This document shows, one piece after another, positions 37,790 to 46,004 of a stretch of 46,004 nucleotides of DNA. Positions within the stretch are counted from its first letter, which is position 1, and each line of letters starts with the position of its first letter. Below the pieces are notes generated by a model, which had not been told where the DNA came from, did no database searches, and saw nothing but the letters and a program-made list of their open reading frames with translations. The DNA is from a virus (Duplodnaviria; Caudoviricetes), in IMG/VR virus record IMGVR_UViG_3300033067_000212, positions 1-46,004 of that record. One strand, written 5' to 3'. Both the position numbers and the translations under genes were made by a program.

Positions 37790-38741
37790 AGGTGTAAAGA
37801 TTACTGTTGGGTGTGATCCTGAGTTTTTCCTTTGGGATACTAAGGATAAAGCCTACGTCTCTGCTCACACCATGGTGCCAGGAGATAAGAAGAAACCTTT
37901 CAAGGTTCCTAATGGTGCCATTCAAGTAGACGGTACTGCTGTGGAATTCAATATCGATCCGGCTTCTTCTCCTAAGAAGTTCGCTGATTCTACTCAGTCG
38001 GTGTTGAATTATCTTCGTAAGACTATCGATCCTCGGTACGAATTTCGATTCGTTCCTGCTATCCACTACGATAAGGATTACTTCAAGTCCCTTCCCGAGC
38101 ACACCAAAGAACTTGGTTGTGATCCTGACTTCAATGCTTATACTAGTAAGACCAATCCCAAACCACCTGCTGATAAGGTAGGCACCATGCGTACTGGTTC
38201 CGGCCATATCCATATTGGTTGGACTAAGAACGCTGACATCACTGATCCTAACCACGTATGGGATTGTGAGTTGTTTACCAAAGCCATGGATGCTGTGTTC
38301 AAAACTCATTCTATCTTTTGGGATAACGATACACAACGTCAAAAACTGTACGGTAACTACGGTGCGTACCGTCCTAAGCCCTATGGTGTAGAGTACCGTG
38401 TTCCTAGTAATGCTTGGTTGGCTAAGCCTATTCTTTATCCTTGGTTAGCTAAGATTTGTCTTGCAGTCTTCAACTCACTGGAAACTGCTGCTGATACATT
38501 TGCTAGGAATTTTCGTTACGTTAATACTCCTAACTTTTATAACATAAAGTCCCATTATAATGACTTCAATTACTACCATGCTAAAGATAAAAATAAATAC
38601 CCATCATTCTTCTCTTATTACAATCCAGCTAGAAATGCTTACATGAACACCGCTCCATTTTTCGATGATGCTAGGATGCCTGAGATAGAAGAGTGGACTC
38701 CTGAGTTTTCTAAACCCGTGTGTAAAACCGAAATTTGGTGA
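37767..38741 (+). CDS. phiEco32-like COOH-NH2 ligase type 2
   Basis: VGCDPEFFL, QVDGTAVEFN, GCDPDFNAY, GHIHIG and GVEYR. Confidence 0.9.
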   Translation: MKDMQSTKGVKITVGCDPEFFLWDTKDKAYVSAHTMVPGDKKKPFKVPNGAIQVDGTAVEFNIDPASSPKKFADSTQSVLNYLRKTIDPRYEFRFVPAIHYDKDYFKSLPEHTKELGCDPDFNAYTSKTNPKPPADKVGTMRTGSGHIHIGWTKNADITDPNHVWDCELFTKAMDAVFKTHSIFWDNDTQRQKLYGNYGAYRPKPYGVEYRVPSNAWLAKPILYPWLAKICLAVFNSLETAADTFARNFRYVNTPNFYNIKSHYNDFNYYHAKDKNKYPSFFSYYNPARNAYMNTAPFFDDARMPEIEEWTPEFSKPVCKTEIW

Positions 38742-38744
38742 GAC

Positions 38745-39341
38745 ATGTTCGGATACATCAACATACAAGATCTAACATCATTCATGGATGGAGCGATCGT
38801 CCTGTATGATGGAATCCCTGGCTACGTTCGTGCTAATGCAGCCAATGATGGTAAGACTGTTAACTTCTACTCTTTGCATGGTGCTCCGGCAAAGGTGATC
38901 GATATCACAGACGATAAGTTCTCTTGTCGTAACATCGATCTAGGTTATATGCAGTACGGCACCAATGCTGTGTATGTCGAACGCCGTCCTATGCGTATCT
39001 TCAAACAAGGAATTGTCCGTAACCACTTGACTTGTGGTGGTCGTGGTATCGAACGTGATGCACTCTACACTAAGTCGTTTGCCAGTTGTATCTCTGGCTC
39101 ACACATGACATTCAAGGTTGCAATGAATAAGATCCTTAACTCAGAGGACAGTCGTGCATCCTATGCTTTCCATCGTCACTTTGCTTTGCAAAAGACAGAC
39201 GATGTCATTACTTTGAAGTACCGTGATGTAAGTGTTGCTGTTCATTCCACCTCTGGTTGGAAGCTCATCACTACTAATAAGTTCTCGAATGAACTGATCA
39301 CTATGATCAAGGAATGTGGAGGCCCCGATGTTATTGGGTGA
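38745..39341 (+). CDS. hypothetical protein of the peptide-ligase cluster
   Basis: DLGYM..YVERRPMRIFKQG; lies between the two ligases. Confidence 0.75.
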   Translation: MFGYINIQDLTSFMDGAIVLYDGIPGYVRANAANDGKTVNFYSLHGAPAKVIDITDDKFSCRNIDLGYMQYGTNAVYVERRPMRIFKQGIVRNHLTCGGRGIERDALYTKSFASCISGSHMTFKVAMNKILNSEDSRASYAFHRHFALQKTDDVITLKYRDVSVAVHSTSGWKLITTNKFSNELITMIKECGGPDVIG

Positions 39342-40320
39342 AATGTTTAAGAAGACTGTCGAAGGTGAAGTCGGTATCGAAGTAGAACAAGAGTTTCAAA
39401 ACTACATCGATCCATTCGATAGCAATACGTGGACCACACATGAAGATGGTTCGTTGCGTAATGCAGGGTATGAGTACGTAACTAAGAAACCAATCCATCG
39501 TACCGAAGTTGAAGGTGCACTTACTTCTCTTGCTACCTTCCTCAAGAAACATGACAAGATCAACGATCACAACTCACCACGTACTTCTATTCATATCCAT
39601 ATCAACACACTCGACTGCACTCCGCAACATGTTTGGAGTTGGGTGTTTGCTTACTGGTTGTTGGATACCCTGATGGTAGAGTTGTGTGGTATCTATCGTG
39701 TCACCAATCTCTTTTGTCTCAGGTTGAGGGATGCAACTAACATCCTTGGTATTGTCGAAAACGAACTCATGTCTACTAACTACCCTCACTTCGATACGTT
39801 CAATGGTGATGGGTTGCGTTACTCATCGCAGAATTTGATGGCACTCTATAAGTTCAGGTCCATCGAGTATCGTGCTAAGGGTGGTCGGTTCAATCCAGAT
39901 GATACTAAAGAATGGATCGAAGCACTCCTTGCTATCAAGGATGCTGCTAAGGAGTTTAATACTCCTGCTGACATCATCTCTTACTATTTCTCTGTCGGTC
40001 CCAATGCCTTTGCTCGTAAGTTTCTTACCAATGCGTACTACAATAAGGTTGTTGGTATCAACAAGTATCAAGATAAGATGCTTTATAATGCCCGTCTCCT
40101 TATGATGCTGGCTGGTAAGATCAACTGGGATAAGATCCTATCATCCAAGAATGATACTACATTCAAGTATTATTCTAAGCCTAAGAAGGAGGCGAAAATG
40201 GAGCAACCACTGAACTTAGAAAATGTATTGCGTGCTAATAATGCGTTTCTACAACAAGATGGTGTTCTAATTGCCCAAGATCTTCTACGTAATGCTCGTC
40301 CTCGGAGGAATGGAATCTAA
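39328..40320 (+). CDS. putative amidoligase (COOH-NH2 ligase fold)
   Basis: VGIEVE, EDGSLRN, EYV, SIHIHIN, RYS..N and SIEYR; ATG after GGAGG. Confidence 0.85.
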   Translation: MLLGEMFKKTVEGEVGIEVEQEFQNYIDPFDSNTWTTHEDGSLRNAGYEYVTKKPIHRTEVEGALTSLATFLKKHDKINDHNSPRTSIHIHINTLDCTPQHVWSWVFAYWLLDTLMVELCGIYRVTNLFCLRLRDATNILGIVENELMSTNYPHFDTFNGDGLRYSSQNLMALYKFRSIEYRAKGGRFNPDDTKEWIEALLAIKDAAKEFNTPADIISYYFSVGPNAFARKFLTNAYYNKVVGINKYQDKMLYNARLLMMLAGKINWDKILSSKNDTTFKYYSKPKKEAKMEQPLNLENVLRANNAFLQQDGVLIAQDLLRNARPRRNGI

Positions 40321-41099
40321 TGAAGTTTGCAATCCGCGCATACAAGTCATACTCTGAAAGTGCCCGTGCTTTAGCTGACAAGCTGGGGTGTAAGGTACTT
40401 CGTGATCGTGGTAGTACCTTTCGGTACAACCCTCGTCGCCACAAGGTTATCAATTGGGGAGGTAGTGTTAACTCTCACGGTGTTTCTAACCTAGAGTTTA
40501 TTAATCCTCCGTCCAACACAGCTATGTCTACCGACAAGCTTCGGTTCTTCAGAGCTATTGAGTCATCTAACGATGTTAATGAACTAGTACCTATTCCACC
40601 ATACACAACCAACAAGCAAGTAGCACAGGAGTGGCTTAACGATGGTAAGAAGGTGTGTGCACGGGCTTCACTTACTGGCAATAGTGGTGCTGGCCTTAGC
40701 ATTCTACGCATGGGTGATCAACTTCCTGATGTCCCACTGTATGTCAAGTACATCCCTAAGACTGACGAGTACCGTATCCATGTTGTCAAGGTAAGGGATG
40801 AATACAACACTCGTGTAGTTAAGAAGAAGCTTAAGCATGATGCTCCGGCTAATCGTAACAAGCTAATCCGTAACCACGAGAATGGATATATCTTCTCTGC
40901 TAATGTCGATAACATACCATTGTGTGTCAACGTAGCTGCGATCAATGCTATTAAAGCTATGCAACTAGACTTTGGTGCAGTTGATATCGGGTACAATTCT
41001 AAGACCGATACGTGCATCGTGTATGAAGTTAACACTGCCCCTGGTATTGAGGGTACTACTGTTGACTGGTACGCAGAACAGTTTGGAAAGTTAATCTAG
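40320..41099 (+). CDS. ATP-grasp peptide ligase (RimK/GshB-like)
   Basis: INWG, DKL, GNSGAG, EYRIHV, DFGAVDI and YEVNTAPG. Confidence 0.9.
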   Translation: MKFAIRAYKSYSESARALADKLGCKVLRDRGSTFRYNPRRHKVINWGGSVNSHGVSNLEFINPPSNTAMSTDKLRFFRAIESSNDVNELVPIPPYTTNKQVAQEWLNDGKKVCARASLTGNSGAGLSILRMGDQLPDVPLYVKYIPKTDEYRIHVVKVRDEYNTRVVKKKLKHDAPANRNKLIRNHENGYIFSANVDNIPLCVNVAAINAIKAMQLDFGAVDIGYNSKTDTCIVYEVNTAPGIEGTTVDWYAEQFGKLI

Positions 41100-41290
41100 T
41101 GAGGTGCGCTTGTTGTGATGCCATCCTACCACCTGAACGGTGGTCTGATGTGTGCTCTAAGTGTACCTCTATCATCAAGGATGCTGTCCTAGAGATGGAG
41201 ATAGCTGATCTAGCTGAGGATAAACCCACCCAAACACCTACTACTACACCACCTGAAGTGGTAGATGACTCTCCCCCTCCCTGGGAATAG
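41099..41290 (+). CDS. small zinc-ribbon-like protein
   Basis: MRCACCD...CSKC and C-terminal PPWE. Confidence 0.6.
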   Translation: MRCACCDAILPPERWSDVCSKCTSIIKDAVLEMEIADLAEDKPTQTPTTTPPEVVDDSPPPWE

Positions 41291-41447
41291 GGTCTAGAAG
41301 CCTCTACGTTGACCGTACAGCGGGATTTGAGGGGTGCCCGCTACCCATATAGCCACCCACCTTGCCTGCCCTGTACGGTCAAATTTACCCAGTAACAGAA
41401 AGGAAGTTAAATCTGAGAAGGTATCATTCGTTCAAACAAAATAACTA

Positions 41448-41476
41448 TTGACACAGTGTTGCTGATCTGCTACACT
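41448..41476 (+). promoter_or_regulatory. sigma70 promoter upstream of the replication operon
   Basis: TTGACA-17 nt-TACACT. Confidence 0.75.
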
Positions 41477-41703
41477 CCCTGTTGCCACATCTGAGAGATG
41501 GTTTGCTCTTGGGTGTGGCTCCCTTTTCTTTCTCTAAGGAGGGGGTAAGGGGGTGGATCACTAAGAAGGTTTATTAGTAGTGACTGATGAAAAACATTTA
41601 ATTTATCATTTAAATAAATTAGGTTATAAGTCTTATAGAGAATACTTAGTTTCTGATCATTACCGTCTCGTACTAGAAGACTTAGAAAGAAAATTAAGTA
41701 TAG

Positions 41704-43284
41704 ATGATTAAATCTAAACCTATTCGTAATAAGACCCATATCCCATGTCCTAAGTGTTCCTCTTCAGATGCGTTTGTAGAGTACGATGATGGACATGGGT
41801 TTTGTTTTTCTTGTAACCAAGTTACTCGTCTTAACTCTTTTACTTATGATGATAGTAAGGACACAACTATAGTGACACAACAATACGTACCTCATAGGGG
41901 TATCACAGCAGACACACTACGGTTCTATGATGTCAAGACTAACGTAGGTGCTAACAATTATCCCATCTCTTCTGACTTCAAATACGGTAGTGAGTTCACT
42001 ATCACTAGGGAATGGGATCGTAAAGCATTCAAGTCTACTGGTATCTCTGAGTCTATCAAGCTATTCGGACAAGATAAGTTTAATAGTGGTAGTGCTAAGT
42101 CAATCACTATCTGTGAAGGTGCACACGATGCACTAGCTGTGTATCAAATGCTAGGTAGCAAGTACCCTAGTGTAGCAGTAAGGTCTGCTAGTACAGCACT
42201 TAAAGACTTGCAAGCTAATCATACTTACGTTAATTCATTTGATCAAATCTATTTCTGCTTTGATAACGATGCTGCTGGTGAGAAGGCACTCTCACAATGT
42301 GCATCCTTGTTTGATGTCAACAAGGTATATCATGTCAAGCTAGACAAATACAAAGATGCCAATGACTACCTAATCAATGGTGTATCTAAAGAGTTTGTAT
42401 CTGCTTGGTTCAATGCACCACAATACATGCGTAAGGGTATCGTCTCTTCGTATCGTAAGATTGCCGAACTACTTAATACCGATACTAAAGCTACTGATGC
42501 TACCTTTCCATTCCCTACGTTAGATGGTCTCACCTTTGGTATCCGCTTTGGTGAGGTGTACCTCTTCACTGCACAAGAGAAGATCGGTAAGACTGAGGTG
42601 ATGCGTGCTATTGAGTATCATCTATGTAAGACTACCGATCATAACATCGGTATCATTCATCTAGAAGAACAAGAGAAACGATCTATCCAAGGTCTATGTT
42701 CATATGAACTACAAACACCATGCCATCTACCTACATCAGCTGCGTCGAAAGAAGATCAAATCAAAGCATACGAAGCGTTTACTAAGCACGATGGTCGCAT
42801 CTCTTTCTATACTCACTTTGGCAGTGATGACCCAGATAGTATTCTGGATACTATACGTTACATGGTTACAGTCTTGCATTGTAAATTCATTTTCCTTGAC
42901 CACATTACTATGTTGGTAACAGGATTCGAAGGTGATGATGAACGTAAGAAACTTGACTACATCTCTACTCGGCTTGCTATGCTTACGAGGGAATTGGACT
43001 TCGCTCTCTTCCTCGTCTCACATGTTAATGATGATGGTAAGACGAGAGGTTCTAGAAACATCTCTAAAATTGCTGATCTTATCGTACATCTCGATCGTGA
43101 TATTGAATCTGCTGATCCTAGCCAACGTAATAGAACTAACTTATTGGTTAAGGGTAATCGTTTTGGTGGCACCACTGGCCCTGCCGGTAGCCTTTTGTTT
43201 AATAGTGATACTTACACAATCAAGGAAGTAGATGAAACCGAGTTGGCGAAGGTGCGTACCACAGCTGGAATCGTACCGTTCTAA
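41704..43284 (+). CDS. T7 gp4-like primase-helicase
   Basis: CPKCSSSDA..CFSC zinc ribbon, TOPRIM ICEGAHDA and FDND, helicase IGKT, FLDH and VSH. Confidence 0.93.
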   Translation: MIKSKPIRNKTHIPCPKCSSSDAFVEYDDGHGFCFSCNQVTRLNSFTYDDSKDTTIVTQQYVPHRGITADTLRFYDVKTNVGANNYPISSDFKYGSEFTITREWDRKAFKSTGISESIKLFGQDKFNSGSAKSITICEGAHDALAVYQMLGSKYPSVAVRSASTALKDLQANHTYVNSFDQIYFCFDNDAAGEKALSQCASLFDVNKVYHVKLDKYKDANDYLINGVSKEFVSAWFNAPQYMRKGIVSSYRKIAELLNTDTKATDATFPFPTLDGLTFGIRFGEVYLFTAQEKIGKTEVMRAIEYHLCKTTDHNIGIIHLEEQEKRSIQGLCSYELQTPCHLPTSAASKEDQIKAYEAFTKHDGRISFYTHFGSDDPDSILDTIRYMVTVLHCKFIFLDHITMLVTGFEGDDERKKLDYISTRLAMLTRELDFALFLVSHVNDDGKTRGSRNISKIADLIVHLDRDIESADPSQRNRTNLLVKGNRFGGTTGPAGSLLFNSDTYTIKEVDETELAKVRTTAGIVPF

Positions 43285-43852
43285 GATTAAACTACAGGAT
43301 GATGGTATGTCCCCACATCCTGATTTACGTTTAAGACCTTATGATACTACCAATATGATTGATGTTAAGGTGGTATTCATGGGATGGAATCCATATCGTA
43401 ATAGGAAACAAGCTACAGGATTTGCATTCGAAGCAAATGAGGGTATACATAAACCACAAGAGTTAGCTACACTCCACTTAATGCTGATAGATGACATCAA
43501 GTGCAGGCCACCTTATAGACATAGCTTACGTCAATGGACTGAACAAGGTGTACTTCTTATCAACCGTAATATCCAACGATATAAATCATCTCGTGGGTTC
43601 TTCGATCACACTGAGTCTCATACGATACAGCATCGAACCTTGACTCATCTAGATCAATCACGTCGTGTGTTTGTATTCTTTGGCTATAGTGCACAGAAAC
43701 TATCTGTGTGTATTACTCGTGGATTGGTAATTAAGTTACCGTATCCACATCCTCACCGACTAGAAGAACTGAAGAAAGCTAAGCTGTTCTCTACTATCAA
43801 TAAGCATCTCGTGAAGCACAACATCAAACCTATCGATTGGAAACTAACATGA
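43232..43852 (+). CDS. uracil-DNA glycosylase family 1-like protein with substituted catalytic motifs
   Basis: VKVVFMGWNPY, ATGFAF, WTEQGVLLIN and PIDW; start uncertain. Confidence 0.75.
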   Translation: MKPSWRRCVPQLESYRSKIKLQDDGMSPHPDLRLRPYDTTNMIDVKVVFMGWNPYRNRKQATGFAFEANEGIHKPQELATLHLMLIDDIKCRPPYRHSLRQWTEQGVLLINRNIQRYKSSRGFFDHTESHTIQHRTLTHLDQSRRVFVFFGYSAQKLSVCITRGLVIKLPYPHPHRLEELKKAKLFSTINKHLVKHNIKPIDWKLT

Positions 43853-44202
43853 TCATTGAAGATGGATTCGGTGGCTGCTGTGGTATCAATATTCTCTATG
43901 GTTTTGGCAAGACTTCTTCTGCAAGTGTAAGAAACTATGACAATGTTAAGACTGTTTTAGAAGAAGTTAAAAGGAACCTTTCTACTAAAACTGGTATCAC
44001 ACTCATTGCATTGAATGAAGAACAACGTCCTATTTATGAATCCAGTATCGGTACACTTGGATTCTATCCGGTAGTATTCGATGCCTACCATAATGGTCAT
44101 GGTAAGAAGATCACACTCTATGCTCGGATCAATAATCCAAATAAGTCTTACATGGATGGTACTACCGTTAAGTCTAAAACTAAGAATAATATCAATTTCT
44201 AA
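43849..44202 (+). CDS. hypothetical protein
   Basis: ATGA overlap with the upstream gene; GCCG motif. Confidence 0.7.
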   Translation: MIIEDGFGGCCGINILYGFGKTSSASVRNYDNVKTVLEEVKRNLSTKTGITLIALNEEQRPIYESSIGTLGFYPVVFDAYHNGHGKKITLYARINNPNKSYMDGTTVKSKTKNNINF

Positions 44203-44203
44203 T

Positions 44204-44602
44204 ATGCTTCCTAACTACCTTATTCAAGAGGCTATTGGTGAAGCGAATAAGTCTACTGGTGTGGGAAAGAATAAGAACTATAGATTGGGCGCTGTTCTTT
44301 TTTCTTCTGACAGTCATTTTCTGTTTAGCTCTGGCCATAACAGTTACGGTACACACCCGCTTGCTTCTTTCTACGAATATCCACACATGCATGCTGAGAC
44401 AGACGCCATCATCAAAGCAGGAACAGATCACATTGGCCCAGGGATATCCTTGTTTGTTACCAGAATATTGAAGAATGGTAATCTAACCATGGCTAAGCCT
44501 TGTCCCCATTGTATCAATCTTATGAAGTATGTTGGTATTAATGAGGCTTACTATACTAATTGGAGTGGACACATCGAGTGCATGGATCTAAAACATACAT
44601 AA
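44204..44602 (+). CDS. Zn-dependent cytidine/dCMP deaminase-family protein
   Basis: LGAVL, GHN, HAE and KPCPHC. Confidence 0.88.
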   Translation: MLPNYLIQEAIGEANKSTGVGKNKNYRLGAVLFSSDSHFLFSSGHNSYGTHPLASFYEYPHMHAETDAIIKAGTDHIGPGISLFVTRILKNGNLTMAKPCPHCINLMKYVGINEAYYTNWSGHIECMDLKHT

Positions 44603-46004
44603 TAGATATAGAAACAGAGAGTCTAGAAGCTAAGGTATTACACCTTGTAATCCTAAAGGACATAGATACCAATGAATATTTTGAATACGATGCAAGTTCC
44701 TTCTCCGATCTTGTTCAACTATTGCGGAATGATCCCGTGTTGGTTGGACACAACATTATCAATTTCGATCTTCCTGTTCTGTCTCGGCACCTTGGTGTAT
44801 CGTTTAATCAAGGGAACATTGTGGACACTCTCGTCCTCAGTCATCTCTTATATCATGCTATTAATGATGGTCACTCTTTGGATGCATGGGGAACACGTCT
44901 CGGCCATCCTAAAACTAGTGTTGAATCATTTGAATATTGCACAGCCCAACTAAGATCGTACTGTAGGAATGACGTAGATCTAAATCATAAGCTCTACCTA
45001 TTCCTTATCGATAAGCTTAAACCTATGGGGTCCAAACCTATAGAGGTAGAGCATAAGATAGCTTTTATTTGTAGGGATATGCATGATAATGGATTCACCT
45101 TTAACTCGGAAGAAGCCACTAAGCTCCTTGAAGAGATCACTAAAGAGATCGAATCCTTGGATGTGGACATACAGAAAGCTTTTCCACCAGTCCTCAAACC
45201 CATTAGGGTTATCACACCTACCCTTACAAAGACAGGCACGTTGCATCTTAAAGATTTCAGATGGTACAAAGGCACTGACTTTACTATCTTCCAAGAAGGA
45301 TGCCCCTTTACTCTGGTTGATTATGAACCCTTCAATCCCGGCAGCACTAAGCAGATCATTGATAGGATCGGTAAGTGGTGGGGCCCTATCGACAAGACAG
45401 ATGGGCACATTGAAGCAGAACGGAATAGGGATAAAGTAAAGCTTGAAAGGGCTAGGATTTATGGATGGAAAATCTCGGAAAACAATCTCGCAACCCTATC
45501 AGAGAGTGCTCCTCCCGCTGCCCGACAATTGGTACGTAGAATTCTTTTGTCTACCAGACAGCGTACATTGGCGGATTGGATTCAATTGTCGTTGGAAGAC
45601 GGTAAGATCCATGGCAACTTTAACGGAATCGGAACGTGGACACATCGTATGTCTCACACCGAACCAAACATGGGAAACGTATCTGCCAACAAAAGCATCA
45701 AGTATACCAGTGAGGAACTTAATGCTCTTGCTACTTCTTTGGGTGGCAGAATGCGTGGACTATTCAAAGCAAGTCCCGGAATGGTGCTCGTCGGTACAGA
45801 TGCTGAAGGGATACAACTTAGAATATTTGCCCACCTTATAGACGATCCTACCTTTGCTCAATCATTAATACATGGAAAGAAAGAAGATGGGACGGACCCG
45901 CACTCGATCAATCAGAGAATCTTACAAGCGAATTCTAGAGATGACGCTAAGACATTCATCTACGCTTTCCTCCTTGGAGCAGGAGTTGCAAAGGTTCAAT
46001 CGAT
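44578..46004 (+). CDS. polA: DNA polymerase family A: 3'-5' exonuclease plus start of polymerase domain (3'-partial; allele B; absent from ORF track)
   Basis: IIDIETE (ExoI), VGHNIINFD (ExoII), DTLVLS, HSLDAWG, YCRND (ExoIII); open to the window end and continues at about 736. Confidence 0.93.
   Translation, partial: MHGSKTYIIDIETESLEAKVLHLVILKDIDTNEYFEYDASSFSDLVQLLRNDPVLVGHNIINFDLPVLSRHLGVSFNQGNIVDTLVLSHLLYHAINDGHSLDAWGTRLGHPKTSVESFEYCTAQLRSYCRNDVDLNHKLYLFLIDKLKPMGSKPIEVEHKIAFICRDMHDNGFTFNSEEATKLLEEITKEIESLDVDIQKAFPPVLKPIRVITPTLTKTGTLHLKDFRWYKGTDFTIFQEGCPFTLVDYEPFNPGSTKQIIDRIGKWWGPIDKTDGHIEAERNRDKVKLERARIYGWKISENNLATLSESAPPAARQLVRRILLSTRQRTLADWIQLSLEDGKIHGNFNGIGTWTHRMSHTEPNMGNVSANKSIKYTSEELNALATSLGGRMRGLFKASPGMVLVGTDAEGIQLRIFAHLIDDPTFAQSLIHGKKEDGTDPHSINQRILQANSRDDAKTFIYAFLLGAGVAKVQS

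Noticed and set aside
41470-41739. 89-aa minus-strand ORF
   Set aside because: Lies antisense across the promoter and origin-like AT-rich region; low complexity and no recognisable motif.
44672-45841. Short ORFs at 44672, 44994, 44998, 45083 and 45443
   Set aside because: Alternative-frame or antisense shadows of the polA frame that runs off the window end.
45270-46004. Direct terminal repeat
   Set aside because: It falls inside polA and is divergent except for 77 nt, which fits an assembly overlap plus an allelic bubble.

Overview
The window is a nearly complete, circularly permuted genome (unit length about 45.27 kb) of a lytic podovirus with no RNA polymerase gene of its own. Gene content and order resemble SIO1/PA11/VpV262-type (Zobellviridae-like) phages, and an alphaproteobacterial host is a tentative inference. 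The + strand carries early genes (32.6-35 kb), a phiEco32/PA11-type peptide-ligase cluster (34.2-41.1 kb) and replication/nucleotide genes (41.7 kb, wrapping to 6.7 kb). These include primase-helicase, a variant UNG, a deaminase, PolA, SSB, exo- and endonuclease, and a class II RNR. The - strand (6.7-30.4 kb) carries virion, lysis and packaging genes. The most unusual region is 31.0-34.6 kb, which has three linked features. (1) A ~20-bp motif, AGACGCGACAAGCGTCGCT, occurs about 12 times (two partial) in both orientations, at gene boundaries and as complementary inverted pairs. (2) One pair closes a ~410-nt, highly structured non-coding region. (3) One motif copy is split by a ~1-kb GC-rich patchwork of unrelated bacterial gene fragments (hydantoinase B, integrase arm domain, heme O synthase) surrounding a near-full-length orphan DUF6088 (AbiEi-like) antitoxin gene with its upstream region. 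The two window ends are divergent alleles of the same polA segment that share an exact 77-nt overlap. All family calls come from motif recognition by eye; no searches were run.
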